From Eledone cirrhosa (taxonomy: Eukaryota), in the NCBI GenBank assembly GCA_964016885.1, contig OZ024740.1:403186001-403250000 (forward strand): a stretch of 64,000 nucleotides of DNA, written 5' to 3'. Below, one piece after another: positions 41,767-56,180 of this stretch. The notes below the pieces were generated by a model that made no database searches, was not told the origin of the DNA, and worked only from the letters and a program-made list of their open reading frames with translations. Position numbers and translations under genes: made by a program. The first letter of the stretch is position 1; each line of letters opens with the position of its first letter.

Positions 41767-42189
41767 TGACATAACTAATAACTTTAGCACAAGGTCACAC
41801 ATTTGAGAGAATGATAATAGTTGAGACTTTTATTTTTCAATGAGGCGTGAGTAGTGGGCGTTCCATAGGATAAGGAAAGAAACATCAACTATATGCAGCG
41901 CCAAATGGAAGGCTACTTCAGTGCAGTCACCATTAGTCACGTGAAAATTCTAACAGAGGAAGTACAACTGTACTTTGAAATGTTACAGACAGCGCTGTCC
42001 GGAGGTGGGAATGAAGGGATGAGAGAATGAAGGGAATGGGTGAATGAGTGAATGTGAAGCGAATTGGTAAATGTGAGAAAAAGGGACGCGCATGAAAAGA
42101 GCGAGAGATAGAAATAGAGAAAGATAGAGATAGGGGAGAAGGTCTGAACGTGTGAGGGAGAGGGCGGGCGTGATAAGTGAGAAAGAGAA

Positions 42190-42266
<77 letters not shown>

Positions 42267-42435
42267 TATATCTGTTTGTGTGTGTGTGTTCACAACACGT
42301 ACACATACGCAGACACACAAAACACAAACACACACACACGCGCGCGTACATGTACATATATAGAGAGACAGAGAGAGTAGGGGATAAAGAGAAAGAGAAA
42401 GATAAAGACAGAAAGAGTGAGTGAGTAAATGAGTA

Positions 42436-42520
<85 letters not shown>

Positions 42521-42924
42521 TAGTAGGCAGTTGAGAAGTTCCGGAAGCAATGAGGGTGTATGAAAGAATAAACTGAAGAGAAAGAGAGGGGATAGTCATA
42601 AGGGGAGATAAGATATTTGATAATGAAAAATAAAGATGGTGGAGTAAAATGTAAGAGGGATAGAAAAGACAATAAGAAATTAGAGAGAGGGGAAGAGAAA
42701 GATAGAGAGAGATAGTATAGAAGGCATATAGGAATAAAATTAGAGATATCGACAGGAAAAAGAAAAGTAATTAGATACATATAGAAGTAAATCAACAAAG
42801 AGAGAAACAAATCTATTTCAATAACAACACTACAGGTATTTAAAATAGGAAAATGAAGGGAAAGGCAGGGTCTCTAGTGTCACAGAAGAATGGGAAGGGA
42901 GGGGGAGGATGATGGGCGCTGGGC

Positions 42925-43150
42925 CTAGGGTGCGGCGGTGTTTTGGTTGCGTCGCGTGGACAAGACCTTAAAGGTATTTTCGCGGACAATGGCCAGCGAT
43001 ACCCGCTGCAATAGCCACCTCAACTCACGAGGATCCTTCTTCAGACGGGCTGCTGATATTCCAATCTTGCGGAGGAGCTCGGTAGTACGGAGTCCAAGTA
43101 CGCCTGAGGTCCCGAGAGCGACCGGTTGGAAAAGAAAGCGGCCGGACATG
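42925..43150 (-). pseudogene. CRE-clade non-LTR retrotransposon C-terminal (restriction-like endonuclease) fragment
   Basis: FQPVALGTSGVLG..LLRKIG..DPRELRWLLQRVSLAIVREN matches the F.P.A.ET.G..QR.S.A..RGN pattern. Confidence 0.75.
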
Positions 43151-43810
43151 AGAAATATAAAGGGAGATAGGAGTAAGAAAAAGAGTAATAGAAACAGTGA
43201 GATCAGGCAGTTAAGTAACTGAGTACGTCTAAGTGAAGCGAGGTTAGCTTTGCCTTTTATCGTTACGGGTTCCATAAAATAAAGCACCAATAATGCACTT
43301 AGGTAGAGCTAACTCGGTTGAAAGGACTCGGCTGCTATTTCTAGTTGTCGATAACCCTATTCACGCCACAGGGATGGAGCTGGTACGATGTGTGTATTTT
43401 TGAAAAATGCAACACGTGCTGCTAGTCATTCGCAGATTTGAATTTGTTGTGTAAACACAGATAGTTGGATCTTCTCCCTTGTTGAAATTCCGGATTTGGC
43501 TACTGTGGTTTATCGATCGATTAATGGTGAAATATATTTCTTTAATGAAATATATAAGGAAGATTAATCAATTTATAAGGTATCTATTTTTAAAGTTCTA
43601 GTTAAACTTTAATTAGTTACCTACCTGGCTGTGTGTGCTTTACAAATTATTCCCTGTGATTGTTTCATATGTTTATTTTAGATATATATATATATGTCAA
43701 TCAATTTCTAGTTGATATAAAATGCTCGGAACTATTCATTGGAATCTTGGAGCATATTCTACAGTGGATATGGCGCATGTCTCTCTGACATGACACCCTT
43801 AATTTAATTT

Positions 43811-43877
<67 letters not shown>

Positions 43878-43882
<5 letters not shown>

Positions 43883-44590
43883 GCTGCACAGGGCATAACT
43901 CCTCGCTTAGGTTCACCATTACTGAACTGCAGGCTATCTTGGCCATAAGTCACCGAAAGACGTTTCCCACTGCTATCAGTAGGATGCCTCAGTCATTCTT
44001 CTGCAGCGCAGTCACCTTAACTGAGAAGAAAAGATCAGGGTTATTGTGGGGGAATACCGGCTTGGAGAAGATTGTTTGTTAGAGCAATAATCGACCAAGG
44101 CAAATGTACTCCTGCCTCAGTTAAGTAAGGGGACATTAGATCTCTTAGGTGGCTAGGTTACAGGTGAATCTGCTCCACCGGAAGAGAATTGCGTGTGCCG
44201 TGTTGGAGCAAAGGAAGAGCTGGAGATAAGGAGAGGCTTGTTGCAGGGGTTGGCAAAAGGAAGAGATGTTGTCTCTGAACCTCGGAGTCAAGGAGGGGAC
44301 TGAAACCTCCCAGGCTTTGGGATCCGAAATGCTAGTGTCACAAAATCGAATATTTTTCCAGTCTTATGGGCTGTTGGTGTCAAACGCCTGGTCATTGAAT
44401 GATACTAGCACTTCAACCCTGAGACTGTGGACCGTTTTGGGGATGCTAATAATAAGTCACCGGGACTGCCTGAGGCGGGAGATCGCTACCAAGATCTCGT
44501 CAGGGCTGAACGGTGTTAGGTTAGCAATGAACTGAGCTCCTGAGTCTACATGTGGCGTCAAGAGGATTGTGTCCTCAACGAACCGAGCCC
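43878..44590 (-). pseudogene. CRE-clade reverse transcriptase N-terminal fragment
   Basis: FFSVKVTALQKND*GILLIAVGNVFR*LMAKIAC..LCPVQQG resembles ALxKKDGGIRPIAVG..RRL; truncated at (TA)n. Confidence 0.7.
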
Positions 44591-46986
44591 CAGTGTCTAA
44601 CTGAGGCATCGAAAGTGTTAAATAATGCAGTCAGTGCCACCAGTACAAGGTTTCTGACGGGTATCTAGTGAGTTTTACGTAAAACAGGTGAGAAAAAAAA
44701 GTGTTACAGTGGTAACACTTCTTTCTTTTCTTCCGATTCATGTTCGTAGCGCTACTAGACACATTGAGGGATAGGTAGCATAGAAAAGGAGGGGCCATGG
44801 ACATTACTATTTTCAAAGCAACCTTATACAATGCTACGTTCTCCAGGGAAACAACGTTTCTTCAAATCGTTTCCATCCTCCTAAAAAAAATGAATCATAA
44901 AATCCTGGAAACCGGTATGTCAGGTATTGAAAATACGACCAACTTTACTTTGCTCTCTTTTCAAAGCAACCGTATATAATGATATCCTGTAGTGAAATAG
45001 CGTTTCTTTGCATCGTTTCTAACACTTTGAAAACAATTAGTCATTAAATCCTGGAAAACGGAATGTCCGTTAATGAAACAACTGTACATCAAATTTACTC
45101 TTCTCTCTTTTCATATCAACTCCTATTTAATATCTAACGTGATGGCTTGCAGCTTTCCTTTACAATACTTCATATCTGAGATGTGTTGATTCTTCTAGTT
45201 TATTTTTTTTTACTGTAAACACTTATGTCGCAACCCCAAATAATTCATAATTTATAGAAATAGATGTTAAGTATTTTTGGTGAAACATACTTGACAAATG
45301 ATATGCTATACTCTTTTGAGTACATATGTCTTTTGTTTTCTACTTAGTAGGTTTGGAGGAAGTCACTGTCCCCATGATTTTCACAAGCACTCCGGAACAA
45401 GAGAGATCGTAGTTGATGTTCTATTCAAATCATTGCAGGTCCACTCCTTATGAAAAGACATAAGCAAGAAGGAAGGTCCAAATGTCCAAAAAATACAGTG
45501 ATTAGTCCGAGACATGGTGAGGTTGGACACAACATGTGTGGGAAAGGGTCATGATATTAGTAAGTCAGAGGTGCCTGAGTGGAGATTCTATATTACAACA
45601 TTCTAGCGTAGTTTTCATTCGGTTGGATATATGTGTTGTTTTCAGCACGTTCGTCAAATCTGGGCAGTTTTCTACCTCACCCAACATAATGAAAAGCTGG
45701 GCTCAGAAGGATTCTGTCTATTACATAACCCGAGGAGAGTTATTATTCTTGACATATAACGTTATATAACGGATGACTTGTTACGAGATAAGATCAAGCA
45801 TATTGCCTTTCTATTATGTACCAGAGTTAGACACTTACTATTTCTCTCACTATATGTGTGTGTCAATGCTTGTACATGTGTGTCCATATTTGTATGTATA
45901 CAGGTATGTGTATCTACGTAAGTACGTATGTAATTTTTTTTTTTTTTTTGTGGAGCGAGAGACTGCTAGTCTTCATTAAGACATCTCTCTAGAAGAAGGT
46001 CGCTCTGATATAAATCCTGCGACTAGAAAGTTGGATTGAACCCGTTCAAAGTCTTTCCTCACTTAAAAAAAAGCTTTAAACACAGGCATCGCTTGATATG
46101 TGACATCGATGCATGGTATTTCTGGCCATAAGCAAGTCCTTAGCAGTACTAAAACGCCACGTCCGTGATGCTCATGCTTAAGTATCAAGCGATGGCATTA
46201 CTGAAAATCGAGTGATAGCTATCATCATCATGTATGTAGGTACAGGATGGCCCAGAGAAACGACTGATTATTTTTGGTCACATACTCAGTACCATTCAAT
46301 ATATTTACATGTAACTTTCACAAAATATTCAGAGTGACCTGTAATTTACATAATCTTGATAACATTATAAATTAATAATTTTGTAATTTTTTGTAATTCT
46401 AATGTTATAAACTTCCACAGTAAAGACACATGCTAAATGTACAGTGTGGTTTGATTTGATAGAGAACGATTTTCTTTCACCAAATAGTCAATTTCAAACG
46501 GTATAATCATGTCTAAAAAGGAGGTCTGGAAGAGTGTCAAGGCGCTACACTTTGAAAATAAAATAACCTTTATGTAAATGGTGACTTGTAAAACTCATCA
46601 GTCAGAGTGCAGCATATTATAAGATGGATGGATCGCGGATGCGTGGCTATATCAGGGCTGGGTCCCCGGATATTTCATCTTTGTATAAGGATTCATGATA
46701 TCAAATGGTTACCATCCTCCTCCACAAAGCCTACCAGAGATCTGAGATGTGTCATGTCACTCTACTGGAAGAGCATTAAAGGGTGAATAAAGTTGTAGAA
46801 TCTGGAGGTTCCCATATCGAAATCAACATTTATTTTTCTAGCTAGCTATATTTGTGTGCTTGTGTGTGTGGGGGGGGGTATGATATAAATGATATATATA
46901 TATATATATTATATGTATATAAATATGTATATATATATATATATGTGTGTGTGTATAATGTGTGCATATATATATGTGTGTGTATA

Positions 46987-47026
<40 letters not shown>

Positions 47027-47398
47027 ACTTGGATGCGAGTGCTTTTCATTTGATTCCTTTCACTATTTTCACATTAAATTTCCCTTGACCATTCCACTCC
47101 ACACTTTGGCTACATCCATATTCTTGTTTTCTTTCTCTGTTCCTCCCAACCTTTTGTTTACTGTGCAGGGCAAACAGTGTGATGGGTGTTAATGGCCTTA
47201 AAAAAGAACAGACTCATTATACAACAATACTAAACCACATCCAGCGTATTCCATTTAATTCCACTTTCGTCGATATTTATTCCATCAAAATACTTTTCTA
47301 ATTCTTTTCTCTTTATCAAATAATCTGTTTCTCTTCTCTATCTCGTTCCTTTTCACGCTGCCTTTCCAGCAAGCTCTCTTTCTTTCTCTCTATCCGCC

Positions 47399-47468
<70 letters not shown>

Positions 47469-47764
47469 CGCTTGCATAGATTTATTTAAACGCACCTACA
47501 TCTACACATTTACACAGAATCAAGCAACAGCCACATGTATGCACGCCCACAAAAACAGATGCACGCCCACATAATGTTTGCCACGGAGGCAGTGAGCGAT
47601 TGAAGAATGTTCTATGAGCCTTGATTAAACATGAAGCAAACACATCCATTGTCTCTAATATATTAAATAACCATTTCACTGTGCTTATATATATATATAT
47701 ATATGTGTGTGTGGGTGTGTGGGTGTGTGTGTAATATATATATATATAGAGAGAGATAGATAGA

Positions 47765-47916
47765 TATATTTCTTTATTAGCCACAGGGCACAAAAGAAGG
47801 GGACAAATACAAAGGGGGACGTTTACATACAATAAAAACGTGTAAAATGTTATCACAGATGGAATTTAAAAAGTTAGTCGATTTTCCCCAATAGAGGGAG
47901 ACAGTTTATATGGGTA
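47765..47916 (-). mobile_element. 5'-truncated Tx1 family A 3' end
   Basis: Reverse complement of ~27216-27366; sits in the (TATC)n tail of the family B element. Confidence 0.9.
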
Positions 47917-48169
47917 ATAGATAGATAGATAGGTAGATAAATTTCTATTTATTTGCCACGAGGGCACAAAAGAAGGGGACATTTACACAGTGGGGGAGTT
48001 TACATAAATCGAGTAAAGAAAAAGGAATAACAATAATAATATAACAATAAAAAGTCCTCAAAAGGGAGGGGGCGTGTTGGGGATTGCACATACCCCCGAA
48101 AAGTGTGCAACTCTTTTCGCGGGAGAAGCCCAGAGAGGAGGCGCTCCCCCTTTCCTCTTCACTTCTTCA

Positions 48170-51100
48170 CCTACAGAACAATGTAGAGAGAAGGCTCATT
48201 TACACGGGCCATTCTCGCTTCTTTCACCCACCTTTCATAAAACTGTCTGGGGCCATACTCTCTCCATCCTGATCCTTCTTCCGAAGTGGTATCGGAAGAA
48301 GTAAACCAGGTGATGGCCGGAGAGAAAGTCACCCGACCTCAGACCTTTCAGGCGCGTCCACCACACAACCTCTTTCATCATGGCTATTACGCACAGAAAG
48401 ACCACCTCTGCTTCATTTCTGAAGGGAGGAGGTGGCTTGATGTTCACCACAGACTCGGCGGTTAATCGAATCGGCGCCACACGCGACAGCAGTCATTCGA
48501 CGTAGCCCCACAGATCGGCAACGCTCGGGCAGTGTACCAGTGCATGCGCAACGGTTTCCTCGTCGCGCACGCATCTGGGACAGATCTTTTTCGCGGGATC
48601 CCTGCCCGGGCGCCCGTGTCTGTAGAGCTTTTCTCGAACGGGCAGAGCCCCCCGGTAACACTGCCAGGCTAGGGACCTCTGGAAGTTGTCCATGGGTCCC
48701 GGGCCGAAAGTTCTACCGAACAGGCTGGCCAGTTCGTCGTCCTCCATGCCTAGCGACTCTCAAAGGGTGTCGTCGCCCTTGCTAGCCACCAACCATCTAT
48801 AGAATGTCGAGGTGGATTCTCCACTGATAGTCGGGTCCGCTTGCCAGATAGCCGTGAGCGCCTGGGCACACTCGGTGTGCCAGTTGCCCAGTTTTCTCGG
48901 TCTTTGCTTCACCCAGGATTGCAGTTCGGTGAGCGAGACGAGCTGTGGGAAGGCTCGCCTCACAAACGGGGCCCACACCGGCTGACCGTTGAGGAATACC
49001 TGTAGATGCCGTAGCCTCAATGCGTGCCTACGCATCAACAGCCACGGCATACCCAGCCCTCCTTTCGAAGGGTGCTGGCAGCAGATGGATCTCCTCACCA
49101 TGGGAGGCCGCTTCTTCCAGAGGAACTGGAAGAGCATGCGTTCCATGATGGTGAGCTTTTCCTTGGGGCAAGGCACGACGGTCAGGCGGTAGTAGATGAC
49201 GGACGCTATGTAAGCGTTCGTCACCTCCGCCCGACCTTTCAGTGATAGTTTGCACTTGGCCCACTTCTGGGTCAGCGCAAACACCCTGCTCGTCACCTCG
49301 CCCCAATTCTTCTCCACCTGGAGGTCCGGTCCGAACCAGACCCCGAGCAGCTTCACCGGGCCCTCCGTCCACCGCCCGACGACACCGTCTAACGGCATCG
49401 GTTTGCCCCTCCACGTTCCGAGTTGCAAACCGACTGACTTGTCCTGGTTCAGCCTAGCCCCCGTCAGCCTTTCGTATTCCTCCAGTAGGGTGGCGATCGC
49501 CCCGATTTCCGAGGCGTCCGCCACCATTACTGTTACGTCGTCGGCATAGGCCGAGACCGCTTTGTGCAATCCCGGTTCCAGGGGTATGCCCCGCAGCAAC
49601 TCCAACTTCCGCAGCAGTGGCTCGATAGTCAATACGTACAGAAGGGAGGAGAGGGGGCACCCCTGTCTGATGGAGCGGGTGATTTGAAACGGCTCCGAGA
49701 GGTAGCCGTTTACTTTAATCCTAGAGTAGATGTTGCCACTGTGCATGGCAGAAATCCAGCCCCTGAAAACGGGTCCGAAACCCGCCGCCGCTAGCACCGC
49801 ATCCAGGTAACCATGGTCGACCCTATCGAACGCCTTAGATTGATCCAAGTTGATCAGGGCCCCATCAAAGCCGGGTTCGTTGCCAACCCTCTCTACGATG
49901 TATCGCATGAGGTGGAGGTTGTCGTGAATGGACCTGGACGGGATAGCGCATGTCTGCGCGTCTCCCACCAAACCACCCACCACAAGCGCCAACCTCTTCG
50001 CCAACACCTTGGCCAAAATCTGTAACTCTGCATTTAGCAGAGTTATGGGCCTAAAGTTACTTAAGTCGTCCCCTTTGCTCTCGTCCTTCCTCACTAGCAT
50101 GACCACGCCCTTGGTCACAGAACAGGGAATTCTCCCGTTCTGTTGCCAGTTGCAATAGACAGCCTCGAGGAGTTCGGAGAACAAGACCGGCATAGCTAAA
50201 TAAAGTTCGTATGGTAGACCATCGAGACCCGGAGATTTGCGTCTGCTGCATTGGCTGAGCGCTTCCCCGATTTCAGTGGCTGTGATTGGCCTTTCACAGC
50301 ACTCCGCTTCGCCCCTCGAAAGACGCGGTAGACCGTCGAGGTATGGACCGAAGTCCACATCCCCGTCCGGCCCCCCGCCCCCTCCGAACAGTCGAACAAA
50401 GTGCCTTTGAAAGGCCTCGCACATCCGCTCAGGTTCAAGGATCACCCGTCCATCCTGGTCTCGCAAAGACCGAATGGTGGATTTAATCCCACTCTTGGCT
50501 TCTGTCACGCGGGCCCAGCTAACAGCTTTGGTCCCCTCGTTTCCTAAAGCACGTATTTTACTTCGGACAACGCAGCCTTCGTGCTTCGCGTCAAAGAACT
50601 GGCTCAACGCCGTTCTCGCCGCTAACACTCTGGCCACGTCTCCGCTCCTAATCGCCTCTTCTAGTTTATCTGTTAACTCCCTTTCCTTCCTATTTCTATT
50701 TGCCGCTAGTTCCTTACTGTAACCTATCGGACTTACTCTAATCTCTCTCTTTAGAGATACCCACCACCTGCTGTTGACGATCGCTCCCGTCAACCGCATC
50801 TTAACTAAGCTACTAATCCGGTTCCTGTAATCTTTCTTTGCCGGCAAGGACAAGTTCATCTTCCAGTAACCGGGACCCTGTCTATGCGTTCTATCAAGGT
50901 TGACCACGCAGGTCACTAATTTGTGATCTGAATAGCCAACCATGATCAGTTCTGGACAACTAAATACGTCCCTATCCTTACTCCTAACCAAAAACCTATC
51001 TAGGTACGATCTAGATTGTCCACTGCGGTTTGCCCAGGTCCAGGTTGGCGCAGTTGGACAATCTAGTCGAAATCTATCGACCAGGTCGAATCGATCGAGT

Positions 51101-51608
51101 AACCCCTTGAGGCTGCTACACCCCCCTCTATCGGGACATGCCCCTGCATAGTCCCAACGCGCATCTAGGATTCCATTCCAGTCCCCCACTAAAAGCAGGG
51201 AATGCGACGTTCCTAGAAAAGTCTCCAGACGCTGGAAGAAGTCGGCTCTTTCCGCCCCGAAGGGGGCATAAAGACCGACCAGTCTGAAAGCCCCGCCTTC
51301 ACCGCCTCCGACGTCCAGCACCAGTAATCGACCCCCCGGGTCCGAGTGAACAATCTGTACGTCGAGAGCCAGACGTTTATCCAGCAGTACGGCAACTCCC
51401 CCCCCCCCCCGCCTCCGGGTCGACAGAGAGATGCGTGCATCTCAAAGTCATCGAAGGCGGGCGCCAGCTGTCTCACGCTGCTGATCCGACTCTCGCAAAC
51501 AACCATCACATCTATACTTTGTGACCTGAGGTCATTTAGAAGCTTTGCTTGCTTCCAAGCTGAGCCCCGGCCACACGCGTTCAAACAGCCAACTCTCAAT
51601 TGATCTAT
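48170..51608 (-). pseudogene. Tx1 family B ORF2 (APE-RT-Cys motif)
   Basis: 853-aa open stretch 51321-48760 with RQGCPLS and AYADD; frameshift near poly-G 51398-51410; probable start ATG>ATA at 51608; stop at 48760. Confidence 0.95.
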
Positions 51609-53475
51609 TTTGGTGCTGAAAGTGAAGAAAGAAAAGCACCTACCTCTCCGGGTTGTGTAATTTCCATGGCATCAGGTGTGTTGGGTGGAGGGATGTTTTG
51701 TGGTGGTGTGGGGGTACCCGTGTGTGGTGGGGTTGGGGTATTTGGAGTTGTGTCAGGGAGAGGGGCGGTTATGGGGAAATCTTTCAAAAGGACGCGATTT
51801 AACGGTTTTAAACAGGGGGGGGGGCTCACGTCCCGTCTAAATTGTTCTTTTAAGGAACGATAAAGGTCCAGAGGGACCTTTATCATTTTTAAATGGGTGA
51901 AGTTCTCTGTTGAGATAAAGTTTGGCCCTTCGGTCTGCACCATAGGGTTATTGTTTATTAATTTAACCAGTTTTTTGTTTTCTTTATTTATATATGTGTA
52001 TTGCAACGTCTTTTTTTGTGATGCTGTCAATGTTTCGGAGAGGGGAGGCGCAGATTTATTTTTGTTTGTTGAGGGTGGGGTGTTTTTGATTGGAGTTGGT
52101 GTTTGTGTGGGGGTTATTTGTGGTGTGCTGGGTGTGTGTTTTCTTTTTTTTCTTTTAACTTGTCTGAAGGCTTCTCCTCCTTCTTCTTCAGAAGTTGGGG
52201 GGAAACTCTTCAGCGCTAGGTGGGAGGGACGTGTTGTGTGGTTGTTTTTTTTTGCGGGAGGGGTAGATTTGTTACTGTTTTTTTATTATTTGTTTGGAAT
52301 GGGTTTTGTGGTGGTGGTGGTGGTGGTGGTAATGTTTGTGTCGTGCTTGTGGTTGGTGATGGTGGTGGTGATGTTTGTGTTGTGGTTGGTGGTGGTGATT
52401 TTTGTGTCGTGCTTGTGTTTGGTGCTGGTGGTGGTGATGTTTGTGTTGTGTTTGTGGTTGGTGGTGTCTGTATTTTGTTTGCTGTGTGTGGTATTAGTGT
52501 ATTTTTGGAGGTGGGTGGTGTTGGTGTACTGTTTGTGGTGGGTGTGGGCAATAGTCCTTTTTGGGGGATACGTTTCGGGCAGTTAGCCTTAACGTGTCCC
52601 CTTTCCATGCATAAATAGCATGCTGGTCTTCTCCCCTCTACAATTATATCTATTGGGGTAAGGTCATCCAGCCAGATGCGATCCGGGATTTGTGCTATTC
52701 TTTCGGGCCTCATTTGGACTAGTATGTCGAGGCCCATTCCCAGGAACGCATCTCCAGTTGCCTTCCCCATTGACAGCATTGTGTCTTCGCCCATGTCTAT
52801 GAAGCCAGCAATAGCCCACCAGAAGTCCATTGTGGGCAGCATTGTTTTTACTTTTACTCTCTGTGTTCTTCTACCCATGTAGGAGGGATAGAAGCTGTAT
52901 GTTGTCGATGAGAGTGGGCTTAGGGAAAGCTTCTCCGCCGTTTCCTTGTCTTTTGTTAAGACCGAAATGCTGCCATAGAGTCGGTCCTTTCGTATGAAGA
53001 GAATATTCTTCATATAGTTTTTTAGGACCAACTCTATTTCCATTTGGCTGGGCTGTGCTGGCTTTCTTGTTTGGTTCAGTATAGTTCTGAAGAGAACTGT
53101 GCTCTCTGTTCTGGCTTTCTTGAATTCTGGGGGGGAGTTAATGGAAAACATTCCGTTCTCCCCCAAGACTATTTGTTTTTTCGCTTCGGCCAGTTTTTCT
53201 CTGGCGGCAGTTAAGTCAATTGGTGTGTATGTTATGGATTGTTTTGTTTTCTGGGCGAAAGTTGCCCTGTTGTTATTTGTATTATTTTCTGTTTGTTTGT
53301 TTTCCGTTTGCTCATTTTCATTAACATTTGTTTTTTCATTTTCCTTGTTTGTTTCGTTGTCTAATTTTGTTGTAATTATTTTTTGTTCTTCAGACTTGGG
53401 GGGCGTGGCAGAGCTAATGGCAGACATGTCTGCCATCTTTTCCGCCATGCTGCCAAGAAAGAAATTTTTCGGCAA
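51605..53475 (-). pseudogene. Tx1 family B ORF1 (frameshifted)
   Basis: CYLCMERGHVKANC knuckle; FSINSP and KPLNRVLLK blocks shared with family A. Confidence 0.88.
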
Positions 53476-53700
53476 AAAAATAGATATTTATTTTACCCCC
53501 TAAAAAGGGGGTAAATGCAAAAATGTTTCCCTAAATAACAGGGGTTAGTGTTCCAAATGTGTTGCACTGAAAAATTTATCCGGTACTTACTATAGTAAGG
53601 GTAAATCCCGATGGAATAGCGGAGCCGATTTGAAGCGTGTCTTACTCTATCAAGATAGATTGATAGATAGATAGATATAGATATAGATATAGATATAGAT

Positions 53701-54201
53701 ATGAGAGACGTAAAATAAGAAAATTATAAAAATTAACTTACTTACTAAAATTTCACTCCAACTAATTAGTTTCTGAAAGGGAATAAACGTAGTTTCCGAA
53801 GAAACGTACGGAGAAGCCTTTCGTCATCAGGGAAGTCTATTCTCAGCTAAGTTTCCAGGCAATACGTGGACACAGGGGACTTATACAAAAATAATTCAGT
53901 GGATGGAAAAAAGCAAAGCGTGGACTAAGTTCCAAGCCATTGAAAAAATTACTGCCTACTGCGTCGGTGGCAAATTCAAAAGAATCAATCACGTGACATC
54001 GAGGTCAATCAGTGAAGAGTGGTTTGTTAAGAAGACAGCAGCCGGTCTGTTACTATGAACTAGAGTAGCAGTTTTGGCCAATTTTGGCTCGACAAAATAA
54101 TTTAGAGATAATTATAAAGAATTAGTATATTTACTAACATATATATATACAGATGCAGAAGTAAGTTAATTTTTATAATTTTCTTATTTTACGTCTCTCA
54201 T
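53701..54201. mobile_element. Short element with 43-bp inverted termini containing a hammerhead
   Basis: 53701-53743 is the reverse complement of 54159-54201. Confidence 0.75.
53755..53836 (-). ncRNA. Type I hammerhead with long stems II and III
   Basis: Minus strand: ACTTCC-CTGATGA-CGAA..TTCG-GAAA-CTA..TAG-TT-GGAGT. Confidence 0.7.
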
Positions 54202-54332
54202 ATTATTGTTCTGCATCCCCTTGCATTGAACCACAAAGTTACTAAGACAAAACCTATATATTTTCTGGCATAGGTATGCATCTGTATATATATGTTAGTA
54301 AATATACTAATTCTTTATAATTATCTTTATAG

Positions 54333-54440
<108 letters not shown>

Positions 54441-55961
54441 TTTGTGTGTGTGTGTGTATTTGTTCTCAGTAGAATAGCTCTTTTCACAACTTTGGATATT
54501 TTTCCCATGTAACACCCTATCAAAACTTTGGTTTCGATTTCCTTTATAGAGCATCATTACTCAACTTTAATTCTAAAGAGTGCCTAAAAGCCAAACATTT
54601 TTCGGTCTATAATTTTGAAAAATAATACTGACGCAATACATATTTGTGTGTGTGTTTGTATATGTTTGTGTGTCTGTGTCTGTGAGTTTGTGTGTGTATG
54701 TGTGTATTTATTGTGTCAGCCTATGTGTTTATCAGTGTGTGTGTATGAGTATTTATATATACATAAATCCATATCTGTACTCAAACAGTACAGGATTTAA
54801 CCAACGGTGAGAGCAATGTGGATGTAAACATATATATTTATAGACATAAACATGTCTTATTGTCGTATTTCTCCGTAGATTGAAAGAGCTGAATAACTTG
54901 GCCCGAATTTCGATCTTTGATGGGACATCATCAGAAACTATCTACGTTGATATAATCCATGACGAAATATGTAGCTGAAAACCTTATAAACCCAACAAAT
55001 GTAGGAATAAAAACTTTCATAATGTTAGTGCTTAGGTGTTGTTAGTTCAGATATATATTGAATTAGACACTAAACATGTGAAATATACCATACATTGATA
55101 TCCGTTCTCAAACTACAGAATTTAACTGAAACTGCGAAAATATGTTTGTAAACACATGAATATGTCTTTTTTGTAAATTTACCTGAGAATTTCACGTGAT
55201 GCAACTAAAAACGCTATCCTGGGCAATAGGTTTTCTTTTAGATATTTATATATTGATCTTGTACTAATAGTCAATATAGATAAATATATGGATACATTTG
55301 CTTTCTTAGATAGTTTTATTTTGTTTATTTAGACTGTTGTTTACATGTTTATGATGTTACACAATTGGATTTATATTTGACATTAACAATCGATAGTTAT
55401 CAATCAAGTAATATCTCTATTATTGACGTGGTGAAGGGCGGTGGATTGGCAGTATCGGTAACGTAGTGGGGTCGAATTAATCGAACCCCACTCCCCACCC
55501 CAACCCCCCAAAAATTACTGGCCTTGTGCCTATACTAGAAATCATTATTGACGAGGTGTGACAGAGTCATTAACAAGTCGGATAGAATGCTTTACGGTAT
55601 TAGTCCCACCTCATTGCGCGCTCTGAGTTCAAATCCCGCCGAGGTTAACGTTGCCTTTCATCCTTACGGGGTCGATAAAAACCAGTTTAGTACTAAGGTT
55701 GATTCTTTAGAAAAAAATCGGTTGTGTTTAGACCTGGAGATGGTTGGGCTCCACCACGTTTAAAAGTGCCCTAGACATTCTGTATGACGGTGCCTCTATG
55801 ACTCTACAAGGAGTTATGGGATTTTTATCCTATCCATGTTCTCACCTCCTGAGACTTTTCCTAGAAGGGTTCTGTATTATTTAATAACCACCTTCCATTG
55901 CTAGTGTTTAAGTGTGTGTTTGTGCGTTTATGTGTGCGCAAGTGCCGTGTATGCTGTAATA

Positions 55962-56180
55962 TCTTTATATATATAAAAGCGAGGATGTGAGTGTGTCTGT
56001 GTACAACTTTGCATGCATAAGGCTTTCACAATTACCAACTTTATTGACAATCGTTTGCATTAATTATTGAAGACTTCTGCTTATTTTGACAGGTTGGGGA
56101 CAAATAATGTTCTTTTACTTCCTAGCTGTATATTCTTAGTATAATTTCAAACCCCGAGCAACGCCGGGTAAATCTGGTAG
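55962..56180 (+). mobile_element. Non-autonomous Helitron
   Basis: A|TCTTTATATATATAAAAGC start; CCCGAGCAACGCCGGG 3' hairpin; ends GTAG|T (CTAG variant). Confidence 0.7.

Larger units (their letters stand above)
47940..53645 (-). mobile_element. Near full-length L1/Tx1-clade LINE, family B
   Basis: Same organisation as family A but diverged; (GATA)n at both ends. Confidence 0.95.

Noticed and set aside
44825-45120. Imperfect ~160-bp tandem duplication
   Set aside because: Two diverged units only, with no structural or coding signal
46242-46850. Possible very old mariner-like remnant
   Set aside because: Could not recover TIR pairs or catalytic motifs with confidence
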